A stretch of DNA of 58,031 nucleotides, filler included, from Sphacelaria rigidula (Eukaryota): assembly GCA_964200075.2 (NCBI GenBank). It is 6 parts of 6 records of this genome, joined end to end, with 100 filler letters (N's around TTAATTAATTAA, not from the genome) between each part and the next. Parts side by side here need not be neighbours in the genome. Positions count along the whole stretch, not along the records: positions 9,690 to 19,278 come from CAXNAA020008142.1; positions 19,379 to 28,967 come from CAXNAA020008143.1; 4 more parts are not named here. One strand, 5' to 3'. Below the pieces are notes generated by a model. It made no database searches and had not been told where the DNA came from. It saw only the letters and a program-made list of their open reading frames with translations. Made by a program: the position numbers and the translations under genes. Numbering within the stretch: position 1 is the stretch's first letter; each line of letters begins with the position of its first letter. Below, in pieces: positions 12,405-24,896 of this stretch.

Positions 12405-12850
12405 GGTACCCTGGCCGGTCGTGATGATTGCATGTGCACGCGTAACGGTGTGCACAGACAGTTTCTACGATAGTCGCTACCAAGAAAAGTTGCCGGTTTG
12501 GGGAGGCGAAATCTACATGTAAATCGGAATGAAAAATACTGAGCACAACGAGCAGCTGAGAACTCCCACGCTTGAGTTCGTTTTCGCCAGTGTCGCCCGT
12601 ATGGGGCGCTACGTGCATAGCCTGAATACAAACATCAGGCGCTCTATGACCATTTTTTTCGTGGCAGTTGGGCTGTTATTCTTGGGGGGTTTTAGGGGGG
12701 GATATCGTAGAAAGTGTACACATTGTATTGCACGCTGCGCATAATGTGCCCATGTGTGCGAGGTGAACCGCCGAGCATGGCAAGAATAATCGCCTTGGCC
12801 TTTCTGTAGCACGTCCCATCGCACAATGTATCAACCTCGCAGAGTACCCC
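12405..12850. repeat. Dispersed repeat, homologous (inverted) to ~48450..48745
   Basis: Shared core ...cgagcagctg(a/g)gaac(t/c)ccca(c/t)gcttg...ttttcgccagtgtcgccc(g/a)tatg... Confidence 0.65.
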
Positions 12851-13255
12851 CTTCGGTGTTTGTTCACGGAGCTAGTCTGCAAGATCTCTGGCAGGATAGA
12901 ACACCAACCGCACCCAGCGCCCCATTACGTACAGATTTGTATCACTGCACATACGGTCCTCGACAGTGGCAACCTTTCAGCTACGTGAGCACGCATCCCT
13001 CACTACTCCAGCTTCACCCCACCAACTCGGCACTATTTCCATGGGCATAAAGCACAACGATCACAATAATATGCAATACTTCCTCCCTCAGTTTCTTTTC
13101 GTCAACGTTGTGCTACATCGCGCCCGCCCCCTCCTCCACTCTTCGTTCACCCCTCCTTCCCTTTCCCCTTCCCTTCCCTTCACTCTTCCCCTTCCCCGGC
13201 ACACTCCCGTCCTCTCCGCTCCCACTCCCGCTGGCTGCGTCCACGTTCCCAGCAG

Positions 13256-13342
13256 ATATTGCCGAGGTTGCTCCTCGGCCATCACAGGCAGGAGAAAACC
13301 AAGGATCGCTCAGAACCTGGGATGAGGGCACATCTCGCGATG
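13256..13342 (+). CDS. Isolated putative internal exon (87 nt, symmetric phase 1) of an unknown gene
   Basis: Long polypyrimidine tract, then CAG|ATATTG...GATG|GTGAGC; open frame DIAEVAPRPSQAGENQGSLRTWDEGTSRD. Confidence 0.4.
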
Positions 13343-13653
13343 GTGAGCGGTTGCTTTGTCTTTCACAGGAAGAAGTCGTACTAAAGTTCAAGGCTGTACT
13401 ACTACACTGCACTGCACGGTTCATCTCTTCGCTCACTGAACGTCGCGTTGTAAATGGTACGCATTTTGTGCTTTATCTCTGAAAATCATTTATTTGGTCT
13501 GCACTCGTACGAGCTGGGCCAGCTATAGTGCGTGAGGGGACCACGTACTCAGGGGACCGCGCCGTAGTTTAAAATACCTCAAGATCGACATTTTCAAAAC
13601 CAACCGGGTCAGTCCCTGCAGGTACCACGCCCCTGACCCTAAACCCAACACTA

Positions 13654-14334
13654 TGTCAGGGAAATGGTATGTTTGAATGCAAGCAATCAGCTACAGATTT
13701 ACCTTTGTTGACGGTTGCAGCAACTAGTCTCAGTCTGGGCAGTAACAGCAGTAGCAGTACAGGTGAAACCAAGAGAAGGATCTGACTAGCACACGGGTTC
13801 TTCTGGAAACACTTCCAGAACGTTCTTCGTAGATCTAGATGATTCTGGATTCTGTGTATGTGGGAAGTGTTGGAATATTCAATGTCAGTCATTGGTAACG
13901 ACTACTGTCTATCGTAGGTTATCGTATACAAGTGAGAAATCATTTGAGTGTTCCAGAAAAAGTCTGCGGTATATTCTGCGGTACATTATGTTTCTAGAGC
14001 AAGTTAGCGGGGGATTAATCGGGAGTTATCAGTTGTAATATCCCACGAGTGTTCTAGACGTGTGGAAGTTCTGGAAGTTCATTAGCTGATCGGTAGGCTC
14101 GCACACTTGGTGCTCGCCCACCTGATCACTCTCCTTTACTTCTCTTTTTCATCACCATGAGCGAAAACTTGACTTCGGGAGTCAGTCAACAATATTACAC
14201 ATCTTCATTTCTTCAGTCATATTCTCTGATGGATCAAACCGTGGCCCAAGTGCAATCCTCCGCGGTAGGCTACTCAATCTACAAAGCACACGCAGCACAG
14301 CACCGCTGCAGCTGTAGGACGCTTTACACTCTCA
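13654..14334. mobile_element. Solo LTR (681 bp), TG...CA, 5-bp TSD CACTA
   Basis: CACTA at 13649-13653 and 14335-14339. It interrupts the CCCTAA-like tract of a MITE whose intact copy is at 10981..11191. Confidence 0.85.
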
Positions 14335-14734
14335 CACTAACCCTAACCCATGCCCCTAACTCACGAAAAAATACAAACCTTGTGTGCGCCAGTATTTGTT
14401 TTATTATGCCCTACACACGCGGCCATTCGACTATTTCGTGAAGGAATTTTCAAACGTCCCCTCGGTTCCATCCGTTTTAAAATCCCCCCTAGAGGATCTT
14501 GGGTATTCGTAATCCTTGAGAGGATTTTCAATGTCGGGGCCCTCGAAGGTCTGTGTCGATATTGAAATTCACTGAGTTGTTTTTGGAGGCACAAGTGCTA
14601 CGGAAATCTGGAATTTTCACAGCTGTTCGAAATAAGTCCTGATTCCAAGTTATTTTAATAAGCCCAAAAGGATTTCTTTCGAACAGCAGAGGCTGTGCAA
14701 ATCCCATACACACTCGCAAATGGAATTTGTCCAC

Positions 14735-17700
14735 TGTCATGAAGCTAGGAGGCGTCTATGATCAAATCTGGGATTCTACACTTGCGGGTCTGCTTGAGCT
14801 TGACTGGGCCGGATGTGAGACTGATAAAAAGGTACAGGCATGGGTCCTTCAGTCCTCTTGCGGTACTCGCCCGGGTGGAGCTGATTGTTAAGCCACTGCT
14901 ATAGCCGGAGAGCAGCTGAGAGTGCATTGAAAGGAGCGATAACGAATACGAGTGAACAAGAGTCTTTTGTATCAAGTGGGTATAGCTTACTGCGTGAAGC
15001 TATTGTAGTGTTAGCTGATTTGAACACGTCTATAACCCGATCCCCTGTGACGACAGAGCCTTGGAAGTATCTGACCTCTGACCCGACCGGCTTACACCGA
15101 GAGGGTGCATCCCGCCTAACACTATAACAATTGGCGTTCGACTTGGAGTATCTGCTTGCTAGCTTGTTTTCCCTTTCCAGAGTAGAGCAGTTGTTCGCTT
15201 ATCTACTGTCTGTACTGCCTTCTAGTTGCTGTTTCCCCCTCTTGCTATAGCTTTGTCTTGCATTTTGTTTTGTCAGTCATTTGCTTTTCATTCGCTTGAT
15301 TGCTTTTTACAGTAGCCTACGGTACCGTACACGTGCACACACAGTCGCCCCAACGGAGCGTTCTCTGCTGTTCGTTCCGTGCAGCGATTTTCAGCAGTAC
15401 ACTTTCGCTTGAGTCGCGTTTTGCACGCACTCGTCGACGCGCCACTTCTACTGCGTTTGCACTGTCTCCTCTGCGACCTTTTCTTGGCCGCGCAATTTTA
15501 CTGTATTGGCCACCCGACTGTTAACCTGTACTCTGTTGCTTTTTCTCGGTACCAGAAACCTATCTGCCCCATTCTGTTCGACAGATATACATTGTTTTCG
15601 GCAGATATCCCCGAATTTGCTCCACTTTCCCCCTCCCATCTGCCCACACGTATTTCCTCTCCTTTTTGTGGGGGGACGGTGCTCAGCTGCACTTAGTAGC
15701 TGCCGACTTGCTATTGTTACTTACCGCTGTTTCCATAGCGTACGGCGTTGAAACTCGGCGATCGTGGTCAATCACGTACAATTTTGCCCCTGGCAGTTCA
15801 CCTGTGTCCACTGCCTCCGCCGCCTTGTGCGGGGTGTTCCGCTGGACCATTTGTAATTGTTCCGCACCCACCTAGGCTACACTATTACAGACTGCTTTTC
15901 CGATTTTTATACCACTTTCCGGTTTCAAGTTGCGTTTCAATCAGACATCCAGTGATTGCCTTTTATTGGCCTTGTGCCCCTGTTTTGTGGCTAGTACATA
16001 CCCTCTCGCACATTCGTGATTAAAAAATAACAATAATAAAATATAATAAATGAGATGAAAACACAAAAAAATAAAATCACGTTTTGGCTTTCGCTTCTTG
16101 CTCTGGCTTCCCTGAACGTATCGCTCTGTAGACGCTGTATACGCTTCACCTATGTCGCAACGTATCACCACCGCTTCTTCTCCCAACACGGGAGCAAATC
16201 CGCCCCGTCGTACGCGGAGCCAAACTAAGGGATCTTCTAGTTTTTCCGGTCCCGATGCTGATTCTTCTTCGGCCTTACGGAAACCAGCCTCGAGCGCTGC
16301 TCGATCCATCAATTTTGAGGACCACCCCGTGCAGTTCTCATCGCCCCCTCCCAGCTCCGATTCTGATTATAGCTCGGATTCTCGTACCCTTCCGACCCTC
16401 CCTCATCATCCCACCCGTGACCACTCCTCACAGACACGCTCTGTGCCCCAACCCTTCACGACGCCGGTGCCACCCGTCGCGGCACACACCCCATCGGACG
16501 CAGCCGTCGACATTTGGCCCACCTTGACACACCCCGTGTCCCACCCCTCAACCACGCTGGTGTTACCCGTGGCCCCAACCCACCCCCCAACCACGCTGGT
16601 GTTACCAATGGCCCCAACCCAACCCCCAACCACGCTGGTGGCACCCGTGGTCTTTACCCCACCCTCTGACTATACTGCCAGCGCGGATATTGTTGTACAA
16701 GCTTCAGTCCAAGACCGTTCCGTTGTGCAGGTGGCACCCACGTCCGAACCCCCGACTGCTGGCACTACTGCCCGCGCTGCCCTACCGGCACACACATTGC
16801 CTTCATCCGCGGCTACTTTTCGTGCCCCGGCTGATCATGATTTGATGACAAATGTTTGGACGTCTGCTTTGCCCAACTCAGGACACCCATCTTCGGCCCC
16901 GGCGGCTGCTTCTGGCATCAATCGGGAACCAGCCCCTGTGCCAGACGTAAGTATCGCCACAGCACTGCAAGTTCTATGCAATACCTTGCTCCTCTCTCCT
17001 TCGGCTTTCGCCGACATCCAAGCAGCCCACAGTGCACGGCCCCACCAAACCGCGCCGACTCCCACCGAACCTCAGCTTTCACCCACACCGCCACGCCCGC
17101 CTTCCCCCCGACACAACATAACCCCCCCCGCTCGACGGATGACCGCGCGTGACGACAATTCGAGACATACCTCTCGTCCCTCCCGTATTTCTACTGGCTC
17201 AAGGCTTTCTTCACGTCAGCGCTCCCAACGTAATGATGGTACAGTGCACGCCGAAGCCATGAGGGACATTTTTCCGATCTTCCTTCTGCAGGGGAATCGT
17301 CTATTGCGCACTCCAGCGATCAACCGCCCTACGACTCACGCCATCGCAGCTGCCGTGCCCGACCCACACGCGATAGCTCTTTCCCCTCTGACGCGGCAGT
17401 CATCCGTTCCTATCGGCGACAACTTGCCGATTTACAGCACACCGTACAAACACTTGTGAGCAACACCGTATCTCCACCCCCCACCGCGCCCCCCAAACTC
17501 ACAGCTTTGCTGCCCCGACCGCAGCTCCCGCTGCCGCCACCGTCGCCGACACTGACGCCGACAGTGGTGCCCATACTGGCTATGGGGTCCCGTGTGCACT
17601 CGCACCCGCCCCAACCCCCCCTGCATCTACTGTCGCGCCGTACAACCCTGCCCCTTCGTCGCAGCAGGACCTTCCACAATTGGGTCCGGAGCATTGTCCT

Positions 17701-19232
17701 TTCGGGCTGCTCCCGCATATTTTCATCGACCATGGCCGCACTGCCCAAGAACAACTCATCCGTGAGTATGCTGACTACGGACCAGCTATGATGAACGATT
17801 TCGTTCATCGGCAACTCAACACGGATGCAGCGGCGTCTACATCTTCCACCGAAGAGTATCATGCTCCTCCCCGCGAATTCGCGGGGGAGCGCTCACGCGC
17901 CTCTCACGCCGTAGCCGCTCCTCGCTCCCGCCGCACGCCGTCCCCACCCCCCCCTACTTCGACCGCCCGCCCCGACACCAGTGCCTAACCGCGCCGCTTC
18001 TCCATCCCATGCGATGACATCCCTTGGTTCACGCTTTCTGTGCAGACTCTTGCAGGCAAATACTCCCCCTCGAATCCTTTGCAAAGCTCTCGCGACGCTT
18101 GGCTAGCGCTCGCTCGACCGCGTCAAAGCGCCGTACTTTCCTACTTGGACTATGACAGGGTCTGTCCTTCCGATGGTCCCCTTTCGATCACCATTGGCCA
18201 GTTAGTCTGCCACATCGAACAAACCCACACCCCTTACGAACTGTTCATTGTCGAGCTCTTCGACGCATTGCGCGCCGCCTCCAAATCCGCCACAGCCCAA
18301 GTTGACGACGACTGGATCTCGGTGAATCCTCGCCGCCGACGCGACCGACATGATGTTGCCGACCATGAGCGCAATCGCCGCGGTGATTCTCACAACCACC
18401 GCGGAGGCTCAAGCTCCTCCTCTGGGACAAATCAACCACACCGTGTAACTCGTCCCACCACCGGTTTGAACCAGACACATCAGAATAACGGCTCGTCGAG
18501 CTCTTCTTCCGCCACGCCCAGGATTCGGTCTGCCACACACTCCCCTGCGTCGACTCCTACCACCCTAAGTCGCGCTACACCGCGTTTAGCAGATGTTTCG
18601 CGCCAGAGTTTAGGCCTTTCGGACGACAACTCGGATAAACCGGTATTTTCCACTTCGGCTCGCACTCTGGCTGCCGCTGCCGCCGAGCGAGAGCAAGCCG
18701 CTGCTAGTGCAGCAGCAGCCGCCGCTCGAGCGGAATCCGCCTGCACCGCCGCCATCCAGAGAGAATACATCCAAATGGACGTGAAATTTTTTGAAATGTG
18801 AAATCCATGCCTGCAGCAGACAACGAAGACTCGGGACAATTTAATTATGCTCTCATCACCTCTATACGCCGCACTCTTCGAAACATCCGTCAGCTAGCAG
18901 ACTCTACGGGTGCTCAACGCTTCGAAAATTCTAACTGGGTTGATGGTTGGCAGACTCCTCTCCTCAAAGCTCCGCACCGCGCCATCAACCGCCGCTTGCC
19001 TGACACTGCCACTGCTCTGACACAAGTCCTTGATGGTTTCATGGCCGCTATGGATGCAGACCGCGCATCGGGGAAGTCAGTCCCGGATTTACTCCGTGAT
19101 CTGGAGCGCCGCCTGACCGACTACTTCGATCGCAGCACTCAAGGGAGTGCTATCCAACGACTTAGTTCTTTTGGTGTCGCAACTGATGTCCCCTTCGCGG
19201 ACTACCTCCGAGCATTTAAGCTTCTCGTTTCC
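14735..19232 (+). mobile_element. 5' part of an LTR retrotransposon (LTR, PBS, leader, frameshifted gag-like region)
   Basis: LTR ends ...TATAACA at 15129, followed by AT and PBS-like TGGCGTTCGACTTGG (15132). LTR start is uncertain (TGTCAT 14735 or TGTTA 14886). Gag-like ORF pieces lie downstream. Confidence 0.7.
16152..19232 (+). pseudogene. Frameshifted gag-like ORF (pieces 16152..17459, 17680..17988, 18040..18801, 18798..19232)
   Basis: Long P/S/T-rich N-terminus with three 13-aa repeats (PTTLVLPVAPTHP). The last piece, LTDYFDRSTQGSAIQRLSSF...FADYLRAFKLLV, resembles the retrotransposon gag core. It is cut by a MITE at 19233. Confidence 0.65.
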
Positions 19233-19278
19233 GAGTCATCCTACGATAGGGGGGGGGGTATTCGGTTGCACCAAAAAC
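19233..19278. mobile_element. Left end of GAGTCATCC-family MITE inserted in gag
   Basis: GAGTCATCCTACGATAGGGG is identical to the TIR at 25789. Confidence 0.8.
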
Positions 19279-19378
19279 NNNNNNNNNNNNNNNNNNNNNN
19301 NNNNNNNNNNNNNNNNNNNNNNTTAATTAATTAANNNNNNNNNNNNNNNNNNNNNNNNNNNNNNNNNNNNNNNNNNNN
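19279..19378. other. Artificial contig linker
   Basis: N44-TTAATTAATTAA-N44. Confidence 0.98.
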
Positions 19379-19688
19379 CCCTGAACCAGACAACATTTCG
19401 CGAAAAAAGTGCACCCCTACCGTAGCATTGCTCCAGTGCGGTGTTCTCGTTCAAGCCATCACACGGTACAGACGGCTCCGTAGCAGACTAAAACGGTGTT
19501 CCCTTAAAGTGTCAAGGAATGCCGCGACATGGAATAACCATTTCCCTGCTACGGTTTTACAGTTCTTCTAGGTGTTCGTCTCATGAGCCTCGTATGGACA
19601 CCGTAGCACGTGAAATACGCCCGGGACAGTCCCTCGCCATGTTTTAATCCATCGCGCGATGCAGACGACTCCGTAGCGGACGAGAAAC

Positions 19689-19989
19689 AACAACGTTTTC
19701 GCGAGATTGAGAGCTGAAGGTACGATTGAGAGTGAAAAGCGGTCAATTAGTGATTAAGCCGTTTCAGTTCCGAAATGCACCTCCACCAGGCCCAATATTA
19801 TTATCTCTGTAGTAGCTTGCCACTGAGGCCCTCGATACCCCTGAGTAGGATATCGACGTGTAGCTGTAAGCACATGGCAGTGATGAGACAACGAAAAGCA
19901 CACACGGAATGAAAAATTGGCCAAGTTAGAGTGAATGATCTAAGCCACTCTCAATCCGCCCCCAACTCTCAATCTCATGAAAACTTGTT
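19689..19989. mobile_element. ~300-bp AACAA-terminus MITE, 4-bp TSD AAAC
   Basis: Collinear with 10263..10565; AAAC at 19685-19688 and 19990-19993. Confidence 0.85.
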
Positions 19990-20394
19990 AAACGTACTTC
20001 CTGCAAGAATTGACAAGGAACACCGCGACATGGCACTAGCTACAACATTTCCAGTCATGGCATGGATTCAGCGCTATATCCATGCCGCCATTTTACAGTA
20101 ACTACAGTACCCCTCAACATCCATCTCATGAGTGTTGTATGGAGATCGTAACATGTGGAGTACGCTCACACAGTCCCTCGCCATGTTTCAAGCTTTCCTC
20201 CAGTCCACAATACAGAATTGAACGGTCCAATAGTTGGAGACAGACGCTGAAAACCTCTTTGGAGACTAAAGTTCATACCCCAGGTCTTGAAAATATGGTA
20301 AATCCACGACCGGTGTGTACTGTACGTGGAAGGACGCACAACGACTCCCCTTACCGGCACAGAGAGCCTTCGCTTCCTGGCCTGGCCTGGATCC

Positions 20395-20735
20395 CTTCCT
20401 TTTGGACAAATGATCTGCGGTTCGAGTCCCGACGTGATCGATTGCGGAAGAAATGTTTGGCATGTGAATAGTGAGCGCTCACTTGTTCAATGAGTAAACT
20501 GATCGCTTCCTGGACAAAAGCTGTGCGGTTTGAGTCCCGACGAGATCGACTGGGGATGAAAAGTTCAACATGTGAACAGTGAGGCTTGCGACGGGCGGGG
20601 AGCCCCGGAGATCACTGATGTGTCGTACCGCGACGCGGATCATACATCATATATATTGTCCAGGAAGCAAACAGTTGAACCATTTCTGAACCAGTGAGCG
20701 CTTACATGTTCAATGGGTAAACTGTTCGCTTCATG
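20395..20735 (+). repeat. Degenerate tandem repeat (~110-bp unit) containing a Pol III B-box-like motif
   Basis: tggacaaa..tgcggtt(c/t)gagtcccgacg.gatcga..catgtgaa.agtgag occurs twice, with a partial third unit at ~20690-20735. Confidence 0.6.
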
Positions 20736-20928
20736 AACGGAGAGCTCGTCCGAACGCAGAAAACATAGATAGTAGTAAAGGGAAGAAGAGCGATGCACAT
20801 AATGGGCATTTTTTCGCTAGCTTCAGCATTTCTAATCCCAACATTGTTATGAACGCGACTCGTCATGTTCTAAATGTCACAACGAGCTCGTTGACTGGCC
20901 TTGTCTACGAGCATAACCACCTGCGCCA

Positions 20929-21179
20929 GAGTCATCCTCCGATAGGGGAGGGGGTATTTGATTGCGCAAAAACGAGGCTGATGGATGTGTCAGACGACTT
21001 GCCACACTCGCGGTGCGCTTGTATGTGGTTACAACCAGTGTCAAGCAGTATGAATCAGCGTTATATATCTATAACAAGCTCGTTCGGACAGCTGTTGCTG
21101 CTTTCAACGATGATTTGACTTAGAAGTTCGTGCAAGAAGTGGCCCGAAATACACCCCCCCTCCCATCGTAAGATGACTG
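20929..21179. mobile_element. 251-bp MITE with GAG termini (Sola2-like), degenerate 4-bp TSD GCCA/GCCG
   Basis: Collinear with, and the same length as, 25789..26039. Confidence 0.8.
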
Positions 21180-21394
21180 GCCGGTGCTATCAAAAATAGC
21201 ACGGGTGCTACATCGCGGTGCCGTTGATCCCGTGCTCGTGTTTGCGAAAAATCGGGGGAAATCGTTCTGAAATCGTGACTCCCCGTTTTTCTCCCCCGAT
21301 TTGGCCCAGATCGGGGTGCATGAAATGCGTTCCGCGATGTTTTTCCCCCGATGTGCGTAAAACTCGAGATTGGTGACGGCCAAAAAATATGGTC

Positions 21395-24343
21395 TCAGTT
21401 ATTCTCGTCTTTTCCAAAGCTGAACAGTTTAGATATCCACCATCCCGAGCGTTTCTCCGGCTTGCCCTTGCCATGAGCTCCTTTGGCTGGTGCTGCTGTT
21501 GCGGCTGCTACTGGTTCTCCCACCGGCTTGTACAGAGGATACTGTTGTCCCTTTTGGTCTCCCCCAGCCACTAGCGTGGGCCTTCCGTTCTTTCTGTCGA
21601 TGTCGGGTGTTTTCCCCAGTTGGTGGTCTTCGCCACCGTTTTTTACTACGCCGTGTCCCGCGCCACTCACACTTGTCTCGGCTACTTTTTCGCGTTTTGG
21701 TGTCTTTGTTTTCTCCGATGACATTTCGCCGGTTTCGTCACTGACAAGAGGGAACACGCCCTTCCTACTTTGCTGTGAAGGCGGCAAACGTTTGACGGCA
21801 GATGCTTCTCTAATCTTCCTTGTGGCGAAGATTTCGTCAACACCGATATTCACTTCCAACGTCGAACCCGACGCTGACATCGTTAGGTCGTCAGAACTGT
21901 CGAGGCTGATGTCGCCATCCTCAGATTTCACACCAACTGGAGGCGAACCCGAGGTTCCTACATCTTGAGGCGACACAGAAGAGGGAGTAATAGACGGGAT
22001 TATCTTCAAACGGTGTCGCACCTCGACGTCTCCCCGCCAGACATGCCTGCGGCCGGAATAAGGAGAACTTTGCTCGTCGTCCTCTGTCACAGGTAACTTG
22101 GAGCTCTCTTTGTAGTTGCCCGGACTATTCGGTATAGCTGCCGCGCCTGTTGATCCCGTGCTGTCGCCGCAAGCGCGTGCGGAAGCTACGCTTGGTTTCA
22201 GGCAAATGGCCACCCCGGTCCTGGCAAGGGCTGGTAACAGCGCCTCAAGCCCTCCCTCCGTGCGTGTCAGAATTAACTCGAGCATCAAGGCCTCTCCCGC
22301 GTCCCGCGCCTTCGAGCGCATCGAGCGTAGCACGTCTGTCGTTCCTCGTTTCCTTTCTCCTATGGATGGGAAATTTAATTGTACAACATTTAGGCATATT
22401 GACGTGATAAAACGTTATTATGGGTTGACGTGCCGAGAAATCACTCACAAATCTCAACACTGTAGCGTGTTTACAAGTAGGATGATGTGATACGGTCAGG
22501 AGCCATCATGTTCGTACTACAGTACCTCGCTCACCTACAACCGCCGGTGTCCCAACATTACTGCCGGCTTCCGCCACCCGGGCGAGCTTTTCCATTGAAA
22601 AATCGCTCAGAGGAATCATCCTGAAAGATTTCACCATGAATAACAGCATCCGAATCGCACCAACCACTAGTGCCTCCGCCGTCTCACGTTCTCCCGTAAT
22701 CGAGTACTGCCACGTGTCAGTCCTATATGCAGCAGCATGTTTCACTCGAGAATTCCTCGTAGGTAAAAGTCGAGGATTTCCCGAACACGCCTCGCGAAGA
22801 TGCGGTTGTAACAGAGCACCGTCTCTGCTTCCCGTTTTATAAACGGGCACAGTGAATTCGTTCGTCGACGATTGCTGCCTTTCCACCTGCGGTAGTAGGC
22901 GGGGAATCCAGGTGAGCAAGATGGACGCTACAAGCGCTGGGCCAATGTGAGATTTCCTGCAGGCAGACTCCACGATATTGTATGCTGCCTGAGCTCTCGC
23001 CGCGCGTTTTACTGCTCCCACCATGGGGCGATAGTGATCTAACCCTCGGTTCCCCCCGCGACGGAGGTCATTTACCCTTTCGCCGTTCGCTTCAGCCGCG
23101 AGGACGTTATTCAAGTTTTTGGGTGGGCCGGCAACTACTTCGGCTTCGCTTGCTATATCCATCGCAACGCATGCAAGCAGCACTTCCACTCCCCACCTCT
23201 TGTCTCTCAGCCGCAAACATGCCGCTCCTTCGACGACACCTCCCGGTGGGGCAACTGGTGTTGCCTTCGCTGTCCGGATTCCATCTTTACCTGCGTTATT
23301 TTGCGGACCACCTCGTCCGAAATCTTCACAGTGATGGTGAGAAGGTTGATTTCTGGGGTTTTGTTGCTGAAGCCCAACTTTCCTCGGAACACTTGGAGAA
23401 TCGGTTGAATCGGACGGATTGTCGGCGATAGTCGATGCCGCGGCTGCGGCGACCGAGGGCAAATGGTCACTACCACCGGCACTCGAAATGGGGGGCAAGG
23501 GGCCATCAGATTGAAACAATAGAGACATCGCCAGAGATTCAGCGGCAGCTCGTGGTCCACCCGCCGGGTCCAGCAGACCGTGTCCGGCGACAAGGCACGT
23601 CGCGCGAAATACTGCCCCTCTAAACAGACCACGTGTTTGGCAGTCACCGCCTGCTTTCTCATTCCTTCGGTAGTCGCCCTTTTTACCCTGCTCCATCGGC
23701 CTCGACAGGTTGTCGAGGCTACGGTTATTTTTTCTGCCCTCTTTCGAGGGTGAAGACTTTGCTTCGCTGCTGCTATTCTTCAAGTGGATATAATGGTTGT
23801 CTTCAACCATGCTGACGGTGGAGACGCCCGCGGCGACGGCGTTATCTTCGGTAACGTGCAGGCAATCCCTGCAGGCCAGTATAGACGCCTCCCGTACCTG
23901 TGCTGAAAACCCGGCACATGCCGCGCTTATGGGCACCCTTTCGCGAGAAAAAGAGAAACGTTTACGGAGTGAGGGCAAAAATACCTGGTGCGTGTTTTCG
24001 TGTGATATTACGGTACGAAATTCGCCACTTGCTAAACGTTCAAGAAGAATCCCGGGACAGGTGGAAATCGACACATTTCACTTAGTCCACCATGGAGCAC
24101 GAATTGATATAATTGTTGCTTTTGTTTATTTTAATACCACCGCAAACCGATAAGATGTGCCTGTTTGTTTCTTGGGCTTGTGAAGATGATGCCCGGAAGA
24201 ACGTCTCACCGGCCTATTGTAGCCTCTAGCAGCGGTAAAAATTCTCCAAACTTCCCGGCGCCAATGATGTTGGGCAATACAGCGTTCTCCAGCGATAGTG
24301 TTGCTCGCAGCGCGCCCCCAACTGCGTTTCCTGGCAAGGCATC
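21395..24343 (-). CDS. 3' exons of a multi-exon gene of unknown function; join(24343..24210, 23937..22535, 22359..21395)
   Basis: Two long ORFs joined by phase-compatible GT-AG introns: GGCCG|GTGAGA..cgcgaaAG|GGTGCCC (phase 2) and GTAG|GTGAGC..ccatAG|GAGAAAGG (phase 1). Stop TGA at 21397..21395. No recognisable domain. Confidence 0.75.
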
Positions 24344-24896
24344 CTACCCAAGTGTGACGTTACCGGGTATTCACTGAACTGTGAAAATATACGAAAAAAG
24401 CGCGTCAATATTGTTCGGCTAGCGTTTGGTGTAATCAAAAGTTCCGGTCAACCAGTAACATCGTCTTTCTGCCCCTCCTTTGGTGCACCTAAACTATTCA
24501 GTCATATCAACCAGAAGGGTTTCGTCGGTGTTGCTAATCCCAAGCTGCTGTTGTGCTTGCTCTTCTGTGCCTTAGTCGTTTAACCATTATCCTTTGGGAG
24601 GGGGGGGGGGGGGGGGGGTTTCGTCGAAAGGGTCATAAAAGGGGGTCCAAATCAATTACTTTTTTTTTTTCGGTTTTGTGTTACAAGGGTTTTNNNNNNN
24701 NNNTCTTGTTGTTTCTGTGGTCTGTTGTTGTGTGGTTGTTGGCGGGGGGGGGGGGGGGGGGGGGGGGTGTGGTGGTGTTATCGTCGAAAGTGTCATAGAA
24801 GGATGTCCAAATCGATTACTATTTTTTAATCGGTTTCGTCGTACAAGAGTTGACCTGAAGCAGTGAACTTTCAGCCCTAGCCCGAGAGCCACGCCT

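Noticed and set aside
8496..13342. Joining the DnaJ first exon to the exon at 13256
   Set aside because: They lie on different contigs, the phases are incompatible, and the second exon has no J-domain sequence.
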